Notes: a model not told the origin generated them from the letters alone. Counted from the whole stretch's first letter, positions 41,700-52,144 are shown. The stretch: DNA of 63,835 nucleotides, filler included, from 6 parts of 6 records of this genome joined end to end with filler, not necessarily neighbours in it, one strand, 5' to 3'. Numbers and translations are program-made.

Positions 41700-41962
41700 T
41701 CAATCTGATAGGCCGTGCGGATGCAGCTGGTGCTGACCGGTCAGGACCAGGCGCAGCCGTTCGAGGATGAACAGCAGATGCACGGTGAAGCTGGTGCTCA
41801 GCGAAAGGTAGAAGATCCAGAAAGGCAGGCGCAGTGAACTCTTGGTCCGTTCGTCCCAGCGCATTGCGTCCTCGACAACGATTGAACCCGAGTTGATGAA
41901 GAACGCTGCAACGGCGATGCCGAACAACAGGGCGAAGATCTCGGCGGCGAAGCTGGCTCGGG
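41700..41962 (-). pseudogene. TRAP small permease (DctQ) 3' remnant
   Basis: RASFAAEIFALLFG...WDERTKSSLRLPFWIFYLSL. No start; abuts truncated dctP out of frame. Confidence 0.75.
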
Positions 41963-42804
41963 TCGGCATCCTGCGCGATAGCCTGTGCACGCTGCCCGGC
42001 GACCATTTCGTTCCAAACCTCGGTGAACAAAGCCTGCTGGTCATCGTTCAGGCTGTTCCAGTAATCCTGGCTCACAATTGGGATGAGATAGCCGACGATG
42101 CCCTGATCCCAGAAGCCATACTGCACACCGACATCGGTCAGACGTTGCTGCACAACGCTTTCGATCGAGCCCATGGTGGCGTCAACCGTGCCCTGTTGCA
42201 GAGCCAGCGGCATGTCCGAGCCGGGCATCACGACCGGCACGCCACCCATTGCCGCAACCCGCGCAGCAGGCGCCGCGCCACCGGGGATCCGCACCTGCAG
42301 TCCGACATACTCATCGATATTCGTCAGCGGGTTCGAGGTCGACCAGTAGTAGACCCGACCGAGCAACGGCCAGTTGCCGGGAACAAAGACCCCCATCCGT
42401 TCGCTGAGCAGTGCGCTCAATCGTTGACCCAGAGCACCATCCAGCATCGCTGAGCGCTGATCCTCGTCCAGACCGCTCAGCATCGGTAGGGCAAGGACGT
42501 TGATTTTGGATTCGACGCGGCTCAGATAGGGCGATGGCACGGTGGCCATCGCGACATCACCACGCGCTACGGCGCGGCCAACGTCGCGTGCGTTGTAAAG
42601 CTGGCTGGAATCGAAGATCTCCGCCTGAAGAACCCCGCCCGACCGCTCTTCGAGAGCGTCAGCAAAGGCTTGCATCATCGTGGTCTGGACGTGCTGCGGA
42701 GGCGTCGCGGTCGAGATGACCAGGGTATCCTGCGCAAAGGCAGGGACCGCGAGGGCGGATAGTATTGCCGCCGCAACGGCGGATTTGCGAATGGAGGTAA
42801 TCAG
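41963..42804 (-). pseudogene. TRAP substrate-binding protein (DctP), C-terminally truncated, CTG in start position
   Basis: Frame extends upstream of the track ORF to CTG 42804 behind AGGGAAG, giving signal peptide ITSIRKSAVAAAILSALAVPAFA|QD. Contains GLQVRIPG and ALQQGTVD. Confidence 0.8.
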
Positions 42805-42926
42805 GGTGCTCTTCCCTGATGGCGGGAAATCCCGCCCACTTAGAAACGCTACACAGCCCAGCGATCATGGAACAATAAATTGCCCCCATTAGCGATAAGC
42901 AATCCCGATTGGTAAGCGGCGTTACC

Positions 42927-44000
42927 CTATTCGTTCGATCCCCGGATCGCTTCGATCACTGCATCCGTGACCTCCTGCGTCATGGCCTTGCCCCCGACAT
43001 CCGGCGTGGTGATCCCAGCGGCGCAGACCTCCTCGATGGCCTTCATTAGCCGCGCCGACGCCTCGGCCTCGCCCAGGTGTTCCAGCATCTGGCAGGCCGT
43101 CCAGAAAGTCGCTACGGGGTTGGCGATGCCTTTGCCGGTGATGTCGAATGCCGAACCGTGGATCGGTTCGAACATCGAAGGGAAGCGCCGCTGCGGGTCG
43201 ATATTCGCCGTGGGCGCTACGCCCAGAGACCCAGCCAATGCACCAGCCAGATCCGACAGGATGTCGGCATGCAGGTTGGTGGCGACAATGGTATCCAGAC
43301 TTTCGGGTTGCAACGTCATCCGCACGGTCATCGCGTCGACCAGCATCTTGTCCCAAGTCACATCGGGAAAATCTCTTGCCACTTCTGCGGCAATTTCGTC
43401 CCACATCACCATGCCATGGCGCTGCGCATTGGACTTGGTCACCACCGTGAGAAACTTGCGGGGCCGTGCCTGCGCGAGGCTGAATGCATAGCGCATGATC
43501 CGTTCCACTCCGACGCGGGTGAAGATCGCTACTTCAGTCGCCACTTCCTCGGGTAGGCCGCGATGCGCCCGCCCGCCATGACCGGCGTATTCGCCTTCAG
43601 AGTTTTCGCGCACGATCACCCAGTCGAGGTCTCCCGGCCCCTTGTCCTTCAACGGCGTTGAGATCCCCGGAAGAATGCGTGTCGGCCGCACATTGGCGTA
43701 TTGGTCAAAGCCTTGGCAGATCTGCAGGCGCAACCCCCAAAGAGTGATATGGTCCGGCACATCCGGCGCGCCAACTGCGCCGAAGAAGATCGCGTCCTTG
43801 CCCCTGACCCGATCCAGCCCGTCCTCAGGCATCATAACGCCATGCTGCTTGTAATAGTCCGATCCCCAGTCGAAATGCTCCACCTCCAAGGTAAAGCCGC
43901 CATCGCGCTGTTCCAGAGCCTCCAGTACCTGTAAGCTGGCGTCGATGACCTCGGGACCGATCCCGTCGGCGGGAATGGCGGCGATCATGTAGCTGCGCAT
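42927..44000 (-). CDS. Tartrate dehydrogenase / D-malate dehydrogenase (decarboxylating)
   Basis: PADGIGPEV, PDHITLWGLRL, FDQYANVRP, TKSNAQRHGM, FEPIHGSAFDI. Confidence 0.92.
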   Translation of the reverse strand: MRSYMIAAIPADGIGPEVIDASLQVLEALEQRDGGFTLEVEHFDWGSDYYKQHGVMMPEDGLDRVRGKDAIFFGAVGAPDVPDHITLWGLRLQICQGFDQYANVRPTRILPGISTPLKDKGPGDLDWVIVRENSEGEYAGHGGRAHRGLPEEVATEVAIFTRVGVERIMRYAFSLAQARPRKFLTVVTKSNAQRHGMVMWDEIAAEVARDFPDVTWDKMLVDAMTVRMTLQPESLDTIVATNLHADILSDLAGALAGSLGVAPTANIDPQRRFPSMFEPIHGSAFDITGKGIANPVATFWTACQMLEHLGEAEASARLMKAIEEVCAAGITTPDVGGKAMTQEVTDAVIEAIRGSNE

Positions 44001-44132
44001 GGATTTCTCCTGACAATGGCGTGGTTGCACATGGTCTAAAGAGGCGGTGAGATAAGCAACAAATAAATCCTCGGGTTAAGCGATAAGGAATTGCCATTCC
44101 TACTTGAACTGGAACCGGTGTACCTATTCCCA

Positions 44133-44612
44133 ATGACCGATGACGAAATCCTGACATCAATCGTCCCCCGCCCCCCGACCTTCCGCCTGTTGTGGACCGC
44201 CATCGTTGAAGTGGCCGACCGGCAGGATCTGGGCGAAGGCCCCTTGGGCCATCGGTTCATGGTTCCAATCCTTGGAGGACGGTTCTATGCGGGACCGGAC
44301 TTCGATGGCCTGTCCGGCACAGTTCAGCCCGGTGGCGCGGATCGCCAGTTGCTACGGGTCGACGGCATTAAGGAACTTGATGCGCTTTATGAGATGCAGA
44401 CCGACACTGGCGACATTCTGACCATCCGCAACAGAGTGATCGTAGACGAAATGCATCTGCCGGAACGCTACGCGATGTCGGTGATCTCGGTCACAGCGCC
44501 GAAGGGTGAAGTCGACTGGCTGAACCGCTGCATCGTTCTGGGCACCCTGCAAACAGTAAGACCCAAGAGGCAGGCGGTGGTCGTGCGAGCCTGGTTGGCA
44601 GACATGACTTGA
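44133..44612 (+). CDS. DUF3237 family protein
   Basis: GEGPLGHRFMVPILGGRF, PGGADRQLLRVDG..ELDALY, DWLNR. Confidence 0.8.
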   Translation: MTDDEILTSIVPRPPTFRLLWTAIVEVADRQDLGEGPLGHRFMVPILGGRFYAGPDFDGLSGTVQPGGADRQLLRVDGIKELDALYEMQTDTGDILTIRNRVIVDEMHLPERYAMSVISVTAPKGEVDWLNRCIVLGTLQTVRPKRQAVVVRAWLADMT

Positions 44613-44719
44613 CCTTGGAACAGCGGGTCAAATCTTGCTGCGTATCGCGTGAGTAGTCGCATGCCCAACTGCATCGCAGCGACAGGAATGAAGCCGACGC
44701 AGAAGAGTTTTCCGAGACG

Positions 44720-44886
44720 GGCGTTCGCAGCTCGATCAGCGGCGCGCCGACCTGCGCCTCTCGCTCGGCCACATGCCGTGCCACTGAGGAGTGCGATACA
44801 CCGAGTATCCGCCCAGCAGGCCGGATGCCGCCCGCGAGGTGGACGGCGGCGAAGGCGCGAAGCGCGTTGAGGGGAAGGTCTCACAT
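44720..44886 (-). pseudogene. LysR-type regulator remnant (HTH only, nonsense at codon 2)
   Basis: ATG-TGA-DLPLNALRAFAAVHLAGGIRPAGRILGVSHSSVARHVAEREAQVGAPLIE. No effector domain follows. Confidence 0.8.
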
Positions 44887-44994
44887 GGTGCCCATAATTG
44901 ACCAAAAACGCCATCATTGAGAACAGTTGCGCGTTCTAATTTTTACTAGCCTCTCACCCAAACGAAGGACATGTCCGAACCAACGGAGGATGAG

Positions 44995-46060
44995 ATGGGA
45001 ATGCTGCTTGAAGGATGCTGGAGCGACGAGGACCGTACCATCGTGGATGGAGCCTACCAGCGCCCGGCCTCGCCCTTCGGCGATCCGCTAGACGAAACCA
45101 CGATCCGGGCCATCGGCGCGGAGCCCGGGCGCTTCCATCTTGTCGCGTCACTCTCGTGCCCTTGGTCACACCTCTCGACACTCACGCGCGCACTCAAGGG
45201 GCTGGAGAAGCACATCCCCCTGCACGTCGCGGGCGGGCCGCGGACACAAGGCTATCGGGTCGGAACGACCGAGCGGCCTTGGCCGGTTCCGGGTTCGGAC
45301 AGGGCCATCGAGCACCTGCACGAACTCTACGCCCTCGCCACCCCGAACTACACGGGGCGTGTTACCGTGGCGTTAATCTGGGATTCCGAACGGCATAGTA
45401 TCGTGTCAAACGAGTCGATCCACATTCTGCGTGGGCTCGACGCCGTGCAGGCCGGGCATGGGCTGGACTCTACGCCCCGATAATCTGGCGGACGAGATCG
45501 ACGCACTGGCCGACCGCATTCAGCGAGAGCTGTCGAACGCCGTCTACCGCGCTGGCAAGGCGCGGCGGCAAGACGTCTACGACGAGGCGGTGGAAGAGGT
45601 TTTCGCGACTCTGGACATGCTCGACGCCCGGTTGGCGGAGACCCGCTACCTACATGGGGCCGCGCTGACCGAGACCGACCTTCGTTTGTGGCCGACGCTC
45701 GCGCGGTTCGACGCCGTCTATCATGGGCACTTCAAGTGCGCTCGCCGCCGCCTGGCTGACCACGTTCACCTCTGGGCCTATGCACGCGACGTCCTGAGCC
45801 TGACGGGCGTGGCAGCAACCTTCGATGAGCCGGCGATCCGCGCGGCCTACTACGGCGAGGACCGCGACCTTAACCCGTTCGGTATCGTCGCCACCGCCCC
45901 GGAACTGGATTGGCTGGCATCGCATGAGCGCGAGCGCCTTGGGTCGCTTTCCGTCACGATGCGGGACGGTCGGGTCGTGCCTTGGAATGGTGACGTCGGA
46001 ACGTCGGGTGCGGGGGAAGCGAACCCGCCGGGCCATCCCCGGAGGGCGGCATCGTCATGA
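44995..46060 (+). pseudogene. Glutathionyl-hydroquinone reductase (YqjG-like GST), frameshifted
   Basis: GRFHLVASLSCPWSH..YTGRVTV..IVSNES in one frame, LRPDNLADEID..LTETDLRLWPTLARFDAVYHGHFKC in the next. One extra G in GGG at 45460-45462. Confidence 0.85.
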
Positions 46061-46644
46061 GCGCGTCGATCGCGGCCGTGCTTTTCGCAGCGGCCATCAA
46101 GCCCGGCCCGAACAACCTCGTCGTCATGAACGCCGCGAGCCGAGGAAACGTGACCGCCGCTGCCGCCCCTATCGCGGGCATCGTCATCGGAACCATGGGC
46201 ATGGTGCTCTCCGTCCGGTTCGGGCTGGACGCGACATTGATGTATTGGCCGATGGCGACGGAGGTATTGCGCTATGTTGGGGCGGTGTTGCTGCTCTACC
46301 TCGCGGCGCGGACGGTGATCGGAGGATGGACAGCACCCGCCGACAGGGGGAGTCCATCCCCCGCCCGCAAAACTATCGTCCCCATGCTTCTGCTTCAGAT
46401 CGTTAATCCCAAGACCTGGGTCCTCGCTGCGACCGTGAGCGCCACTCATGTGGCAACCCGTGGCCCGCTCGCTGTCCTGGTCCTGCTGACAGCGATTGTC
46501 CCGTCTGCTTGCCTCGCCGTCTGGGCTATCGCTGGCCGCGCGCTCGCGCCGCTCTTGGCGCGCACCGTCCTGCGGCGGGCGTTCGTACTGGTGATGGCGG
46601 GCGTACTCGCGAGCTTCGCCATCGTACTGGCCATCTCGGGCTGA
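46057..46644 (+). CDS. LysE family translocator
   Basis: PGPNN, GAVLLLYLA, LQIVNPKTW. Confidence 0.88.
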   Translation: MSASIAAVLFAAAIKPGPNNLVVMNAASRGNVTAAAAPIAGIVIGTMGMVLSVRFGLDATLMYWPMATEVLRYVGAVLLLYLAARTVIGGWTAPADRGSPSPARKTIVPMLLLQIVNPKTWVLAATVSATHVATRGPLAVLVLLTAIVPSACLAVWAIAGRALAPLLARTVLRRAFVLVMAGVLASFAIVLAISG

Positions 46645-46713
46645 ATGGCGGTAAACGCAGCGGGCCAACGGAAGCTGACACTCGTGGGGCGCGCAGCATC
46701 AGGTACGGTGCCG

Positions 46714-47340
46714 TCAAACGCCATCCGCCTCATGGCTTTGCAGAATCGCCTTACATGCGCGGGACACATAGTAGTGATCATCTGGGCGCGTTTCGTCTGC
46801 ACGGCGCTTTGAATCGATGGTCAGAAACGCGTGGCCATGGACGTGGGTCCACAACAAGTAAGCTGTTTCCTGCACCGCCGTTGAGGCGATGGATTCCCCG
46901 ACGTGGTCGGCCGTTGCGCTTAGAACAACGCCAAAAGTTCTTTGCCCGACTTCAGAAAGCTCGGGGGACTTTTCGTGACCATCGGTCAGCCCGAACATCA
47001 GTCTGAAGACACCGGGTTGCGCCTTGGCAAACGCCACATAAGCCAGTCCGATGGCGACGATACCTTCGAGTGACGCTGGCGGGTGCTTCTCAACCGCTAC
47101 TTGCATCGCTTCGCGCAGACGCTCCATCCCGTCTGCGGCTACGGATCGCAGCAAATCGGGCCTGTCGGCAAAGTGCTTGTAAGGCGCGCCCGAGCTCACC
47201 CCGGCAGCCCGAGCGGCCTCGGCAATCGAGAAGCCATCCGCACCCTTGGTCTCGACCAGCTTGCGTACGGCGAGGATCAATTGCGCCCGCAGATCACCAT
47301 GGTGAAACGCCCGTTTCTTTTGTGTCGTATCTGCCTTCAT
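46714..47340 (-). CDS. TetR/AcrR family regulator (WHG-type C-terminus)
   Basis: FHHGDLR, AARAAGVSSGAPYKHF, WTHVHG. Confidence 0.92.
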   Translation of the reverse strand: MKADTTQKKRAFHHGDLRAQLILAVRKLVETKGADGFSIAEAARAAGVSSGAPYKHFADRPDLLRSVAADGMERLREAMQVAVEKHPPASLEGIVAIGLAYVAFAKAQPGVFRLMFGLTDGHEKSPELSEVGQRTFGVVLSATADHVGESIASTAVQETAYLLWTHVHGHAFLTIDSKRRADETRPDDHYYVSRACKAILQSHEADGV

Positions 47341-47352
47341 ACGGTTTTCCAA

Positions 47353-47394
47353 TTGACAAAGTAAGCATCACTCACTTAAGTAAGCGCTGCTTAC
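47353..47394. promoter_or_regulatory. TetR operator pair overlapping promoter
   Basis: TTGACA (47353-47358), imperfect GTAAGC-ATC-ACTCAC (47361-47375) and perfect GTAAGC-GCT-GCTTAC (47380-47394). Confidence 0.7.
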
Positions 47395-47415
47395 ATCTAA
47401 CAGAAGGCCGTCCCA

Positions 47416-48843
47416 ATGCCAAGCGATGCTGTTCTAACCCTGCCCTCAGATGAACAGCCTGACCACACCTTTGGCCTGAATAAATGGCCGGTTTTCGCAA
47501 TCGCCTGCGGTGGGACCTTTCTCGTGTCGCTCGACAGCACGATCGCCATCGCGGCGTTCCCGGCGCTGCGCGAAGCATTTCCGCTGGCAACCGCGTCGAC
47601 GCTGTCGTGGGTCTTGAATGCCTATACGATTGTATATGCCGCATTGCTGATCCCCTTCGGCCGGCTTGCCGACAAGATCGGCGCGCGGCGGGTGTTTCTA
47701 TGGGGTATTGCCGTTTTCGGTTTGGCCAGCCTCGCATGTGGGCTTGCACCTAACTCGGACAGTCTGGTCGCAGCCCGTGTGGTCCAGGCGGCGGGCGGGG
47801 CCATGCTCACGCCCGCGTCCCTGACCTTGATCCTTTCTGCTTTCCCTGCGGGCAAACGGGCGGCTGTCGTTGGCTTGTGGAGCGCGGTCGGCGCTTTGGC
47901 GGCAGCGCTTGGGCCGGGTGTCGGAGGATTGTTGATCGAGCTTGGCGGATGGCGTTTCGCCTTCCTTATTAACATTCCGCTCGCATTTGGTGTGATCCTT
48001 GCGGCACGCAAGCTGGCACCCGTTTCCGGAGGTGACAGCGACGCGCGCCCCGATATCCCGGGTGTGATCTTGGTCATCGCGGCACTTGGCGCGCTGACCT
48101 TCGGCATTGTTTCCGTCGAAACGTCCGGCTGGTTCGGCACGCCGGTCTTGACCGGGTTCGCGGCAGGAACGGCCGCGACACTTGGGTACCTCATCTGGGC
48201 GCGGGGTCGCCGCGATGCCACCATCGATCTCGCGCTGTTCCGCGACCGGGCCTTTGCCTTTGCGACGCTGGCAGCCCTGATCTTCGGCATCGCGTTCTCC
48301 ATGCTCTTTCTGGGCTATTTCCTTTTCCTGCTCGAAGTCTGGCAATTCGGCCAGGCGCTCACCGGCCTTGCGGTGATGCCGGGGCCCCTGATCGTGATTC
48401 CGGTGGCCATCCTCGGCGGTGCGCTGGCCGGGCGCATTGGTCACAGACCGTTGCTGTTGGTGGGAGCGACCGGGTTTACCGCCGCGCAACTGATCCTCTA
48501 TCTCACGGCGACCGAAACGGCCTCTTTCTGGGGATACTGGTTCCCGCTGCAGATCCTGGGCGGCGTCTCGGTTGGCCTGTTGTTGCCTCCGCTTTCAGGG
48601 GCTGCGGTCGCCCATCTCCCCGTCACCCGCTTTGGCGTCGGCGGTGCCGTGCACAATTCGATCCGTCAGTTCGGCGGTGTCGTCGGCACCGCCATCACCG
48701 TGGTCTTTGTCGGACACGCAACTGCGGATCTCGACGCCTTTCGCCAGCTTTTTGCGGTGCTTGCCGGGCTCGGTGTTCTGACCGGGCTTCTGTGCCTCCC
48801 TATCGATACCCGGCCCAAGCCGGATCAAAATCAGGAGATCTGA
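47416..48843 (+). CDS. MFS efflux transporter (DHA2)
   Basis: LVSLDSTI, WVLNAY, GRLADKIGARR, GPGVGGLL, WRFAFLINIP. Confidence 0.92.
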   Translation: MPSDAVLTLPSDEQPDHTFGLNKWPVFAIACGGTFLVSLDSTIAIAAFPALREAFPLATASTLSWVLNAYTIVYAALLIPFGRLADKIGARRVFLWGIAVFGLASLACGLAPNSDSLVAARVVQAAGGAMLTPASLTLILSAFPAGKRAAVVGLWSAVGALAAALGPGVGGLLIELGGWRFAFLINIPLAFGVILAARKLAPVSGGDSDARPDIPGVILVIAALGALTFGIVSVETSGWFGTPVLTGFAAGTAATLGYLIWARGRRDATIDLALFRDRAFAFATLAALIFGIAFSMLFLGYFLFLLEVWQFGQALTGLAVMPGPLIVIPVAILGGALAGRIGHRPLLLVGATGFTAAQLILYLTATETASFWGYWFPLQILGGVSVGLLLPPLSGAAVAHLPVTRFGVGGAVHNSIRQFGGVVGTAITVVFVGHATADLDAFRQLFAVLAGLGVLTGLLCLPIDTRPKPDQNQEI

Positions 48844-48844
48844 T

Positions 48845-49723
48845 ATGACTGACAGCTTTCTAACCCCTGACAAGTTCGTCCTGCTGACCGGCGCCACCAG
48901 CGGCATCGGACAAAGCGCTGCATATAAACTCGCCCCCAGTGGCGCGACGCTTACCCTTGTGGGCCGCGATCAAACCAAGCTGGACCGGACGGTCGCCGAG
49001 TTGCGCAAAACGAGCGGCAATGACCGTATCAGCAGCTTGTGCGCCGATCTGTCCTCGGTCGCGGAAACCGGCGCGCTGGCCGAAGCGTACAAATCGCGGC
49101 ATGACAAGCTGCATGTCTTGCTGAACAACGCCGGTGCAATCTTTACCAAACGGGCCGAAACATCCGAGGGGCTCGAGCGCACCATCGCGCTGAATCATAT
49201 GGCGTATTTCGAACTCACACGCGGGCTTGTCGATGTCATGCGCAGCTCGGCCCCGGCGCGTATTGTTAACGTCGCATCGCAACTTCACGAGACCGGGAAA
49301 ATGCACTTCGACGACCTTGGTCTCAGCCGCAACTTTGCGCCATTGAAAGCGTACTCCCAGTCAAAGCTTGCCAATGTCATGTTCACCTTCGAACTGGCAG
49401 AACGGCTTAGAGACGCAAACATCACGGTCAATGCCCTCCACCCCGGTGTGGTCGCGTCGAAATTTGGCCGCTCAAACCCGGGCATCGTCGGTCGGGTCAC
49501 CGCTGGTGTTCTCTGGGCCATGCAGAACGTCGCCGGTGTGAATCCCGACAAGGGTTCCGATACGCTGGTCTATCTCGCGACCGCCCCGGAGGTTGCCGGG
49601 GAGACAGGCCAATATTGGTACAGGCGCAAGGCTATCAAAGTCAGCAAAGACGCGTTGGATCGCAGCCAGTGGTCACGCCTCTGGTCCGAAAGCGAACGCA
49701 TGGCCGAAGGAGCAGTGGCATGA
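48845..49723 (+). CDS. SDR oxidoreductase (retinol dehydrogenase-like)
   Basis: TGATSGIG, NNAG, YSQSKLAN, LHPGVV. Confidence 0.92.
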   Translation: MTDSFLTPDKFVLLTGATSGIGQSAAYKLAPSGATLTLVGRDQTKLDRTVAELRKTSGNDRISSLCADLSSVAETGALAEAYKSRHDKLHVLLNNAGAIFTKRAETSEGLERTIALNHMAYFELTRGLVDVMRSSAPARIVNVASQLHETGKMHFDDLGLSRNFAPLKAYSQSKLANVMFTFELAERLRDANITVNALHPGVVASKFGRSNPGIVGRVTAGVLWAMQNVAGVNPDKGSDTLVYLATAPEVAGETGQYWYRRKAIKVSKDALDRSQWSRLWSESERMAEGAVA

Positions 49724-50517
49724 CAAAGACAAACCACGAAAGCATCATCGATACTGGACATGGTCCGATTGTGGTCATGCTGCACGGCGCACCGGACCAC
49801 AAGGAAGAATGGCGTGACCTGATCCGGCTACTGTCATCCGACCACCGCTGTATCGCGCTTGATCTGCCCGGTATGGGATATTTCGGGCCGGTGCCCGAGG
49901 GCTATGACTACAGCCCGCGCGCGCAGGCGGGATGGTTCGAGGCGTGGCGAAAGGAGACCTTGGGGGATCAGCCCTTCACACTGGTGTCGCATGACATCGG
50001 GTCGATCATGGCCGCGTCCTGGGCTGCGCTCTACCCGACTCCGTCGCAACGGGTGATCGTGTCGAACACGGTGCTGTCGGCAGACCATGAATGGGTCGGC
50101 ATCACAAAGCTCTGGGCCTCGCCGGTGATGGGTCCGCTCTTCATGGCAACGCTAGTCGGTCCAGCCTTCCGGTTCGCCTTTGGCAAGGACTTTCCGGGCG
50201 TGCGCGATGATCAGATCCGATCCATGTATGCGGGCCTGACCCGCAGCGCCCGGCGGTCGCTTCTGGAGTTCTATCGCAAACTGACCAGACCGGAGTTCTT
50301 CGACGGTGTTGAGAGCGATTTTGCACGGATCGCGGAACGTTGTGAACTGACAACCGTGTGGGGGCAGGACGACATCCTGATCGACCCTGCCGAAGCGGAT
50401 CGGATCGGCGGGCGGGTGATGCGGCTGGAGGGTTGCGGGCATTGGGTTCCGCTCGAACGGCCTGACGTGCTGGCCGCGCTTGTGCGGCAGGGTACGGGTC
50501 GGATGGTCGCCGAATGA
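49720..50517 (+). CDS. Alpha/beta hydrolase (epoxide hydrolase / dehalogenase-like)
   Basis: HGAP, DLPGMG, SHDIG (Asp nucleophile), CGHWVPLERP. Confidence 0.88.
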   Translation: MTKTNHESIIDTGHGPIVVMLHGAPDHKEEWRDLIRLLSSDHRCIALDLPGMGYFGPVPEGYDYSPRAQAGWFEAWRKETLGDQPFTLVSHDIGSIMAASWAALYPTPSQRVIVSNTVLSADHEWVGITKLWASPVMGPLFMATLVGPAFRFAFGKDFPGVRDDQIRSMYAGLTRSARRSLLEFYRKLTRPEFFDGVESDFARIAERCELTTVWGQDDILIDPAEADRIGGRVMRLEGCGHWVPLERPDVLAALVRQGTGRMVAE

Positions 50518-50758
50518 GCCAGGTTTAAGTCTCGATCACCGGGCTGGTTCTGACGTCCCCGCTGCACTGGGTCCGGTTTGCCCCGCATGCGGGCGCGCAC
50601 CTGCGCGCGATGCAGGTTTTCACCAAGATCGGCCACGGCAAAACCTACGGTTTCGAGACCGACACACGGCCCGGACGAAAGGACGTTCCAAGGCTTTAGG
50701 AAGAAAACGCGATGCCGGTATGACCTCACCGGAACAAATCCCCCATGCGCACCACACA

Positions 50759-51520
50759 TTACGCGTTCGCGCTCTCCGCAAGTCCTCGGAAGACATGCTC
50801 CGTCGCCGCATCCATCGGGAAGTACAGTTCAATCTTCAGTGACCCGAGTGCAACGTCTTCGGGGGTTCCAAATTGAGCAATGGTCGCAAAAAGCGAAAGT
50901 CTTTGTCCGCCCTGAGCGACAATCGTCGGAATGACCGGCGTTCGGGCGGGTTCGACCGGCTTCGGGGTCTTCTCCAGATGCGCAATAACCGATCCAAATT
51001 CCGGTATCCCGCCCTCCGCCGCGCTTTCCGTTCGCAACCGCAATGCGGCGTGATGGGCGACCTCCGGCCAATTCTCAACGACTGATGGAAGCGCTTCGGA
51101 CATCATGAGGTCCAGCATGCTATCGCCGACGCCCATGCCGAAGGGCGCGAACAGCGCCAGGGCGGCAGGATTGGCCATGCGTATGGTCCACAAACGATCT
51201 AGGGCGAGACCGGGCATGGGCATGTGGTTGGCCAAGGTCTTTTCAATCGCGGACCGAACCGGTCTCATCTCTTCGGCCGTCCAATCCGAAGACCGATACC
51301 GCGTGGCAAAACCGGCGGCGGTCAGCATCTCGTTGCGCGCGATCAATGGGACGTCCAGCGTCTCGCCAAGCCGCACGACCATATCCCGGCTTGGCCGTGC
51401 GCGGCCTGTTTCAAGGAATGACAAATGGCGGGAGGATATTCCCGCCTCGTTTGCCAGGTCGAGTTGAGAGAAACGTCGAAGGTTTCGCCAATGACGCAAC
51501 GTGTCGGAAAAAGTCTGCAT
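50759..51520 (-). CDS. XRE-family regulator with MmyB-like domain
   Basis: SQLDLANEAGISSRHLSFLETGRARPS, RNEMLTAAGF, LKIELYFPMD. Confidence 0.88.
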   Translation of the reverse strand: MQTFSDTLRHWRNLRRFSQLDLANEAGISSRHLSFLETGRARPSRDMVVRLGETLDVPLIARNEMLTAAGFATRYRSSDWTAEEMRPVRSAIEKTLANHMPMPGLALDRLWTIRMANPAALALFAPFGMGVGDSMLDLMMSEALPSVVENWPEVAHHAALRLRTESAAEGGIPEFGSVIAHLEKTPKPVEPARTPVIPTIVAQGGQRLSLFATIAQFGTPEDVALGSLKIELYFPMDAATEHVFRGLAESANA

Positions 51521-51555
51521 CTGGAAACGCTATACCCGGCAACCAGCGCTGTCAC

Positions 51556-51570
51556 TTACCTCCGAGGTAA
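51556..51570. promoter_or_regulatory. Palindromic operator candidate
   Basis: TTACCTC-C-GAGGTAA between the XRE gene and the divergent membrane protein gene. Confidence 0.65.
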
Positions 51571-51631
51571 TTGCTGCACTTCCGCATGTTGCTTAGCAAC
51601 TGTGCAAACGCGGCATGATAAGGAACAAAGC

Positions 51632-52060
51632 ATGGCAACGCAGGCAGCCCACAAGAGTTGGCTCAAGGTTTCTGCCATTATCATCGGCATCTTCGGGCCG
51701 GTGCTGACGCTCGGCACCATCCCTGCCACAAATGAACTAGCGCGACTTGGTCTCGATATTCTCGCATGGCCAGTGGACGGGTTCCCAAGCTACCAATCCG
51801 AAGAGATACGCTTTCTGTCTGCTCTGACCGGGGGCTTTCTGGTGGGATGGGCCGTCACGATTTGGCTGCTATCCGTGCACGTCCACGATCACGCGCCCGA
51901 AGGGGTTCGCAAGTCGGTGCTTTATGGTGTTCTTGCGTGGTTTTTCCTCGATAGTCTTGGATCGATCACCTCAGGCAACTGGCCGAACGCGCTTTGGAAC
52001 ATTCTGGTGCTATTGGCAGTCGTTGGGCCAATGTGGCGACCGGCACAACCTTACAGCTAG
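51632..52060 (+). CDS. Hypothetical membrane protein
   Basis: About four TM segments, AAGGA RBS, motif WFFLDSLGSITSG. Confidence 0.8.
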   Translation: MATQAAHKSWLKVSAIIIGIFGPVLTLGTIPATNELARLGLDILAWPVDGFPSYQSEEIRFLSALTGGFLVGWAVTIWLLSVHVHDHAPEGVRKSVLYGVLAWFFLDSLGSITSGNWPNALWNILVLLAVVGPMWRPAQPYS

Positions 52061-52144
52061 ATGGCTTTGCAAAGCTCACGCCCCGTGCATCGCGGACATG
52101 GTTGGCTTATCCGATGGGGGGTGCCAGCCGTTTCTATCCCAATC

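Noticed and set aside
44881-44886. ATG-TGA in the LysR remnant as selenocysteine or recoding
   Set aside because: The gene is also truncated after the HTH; a simple CGA-to-TGA nonsense change is more parsimonious.
45455-45483. Programmed frameshift in the GST gene
   Set aside because: No slippery heptamer is visible, the family is not known for recoding, and the region holds many other lesions.
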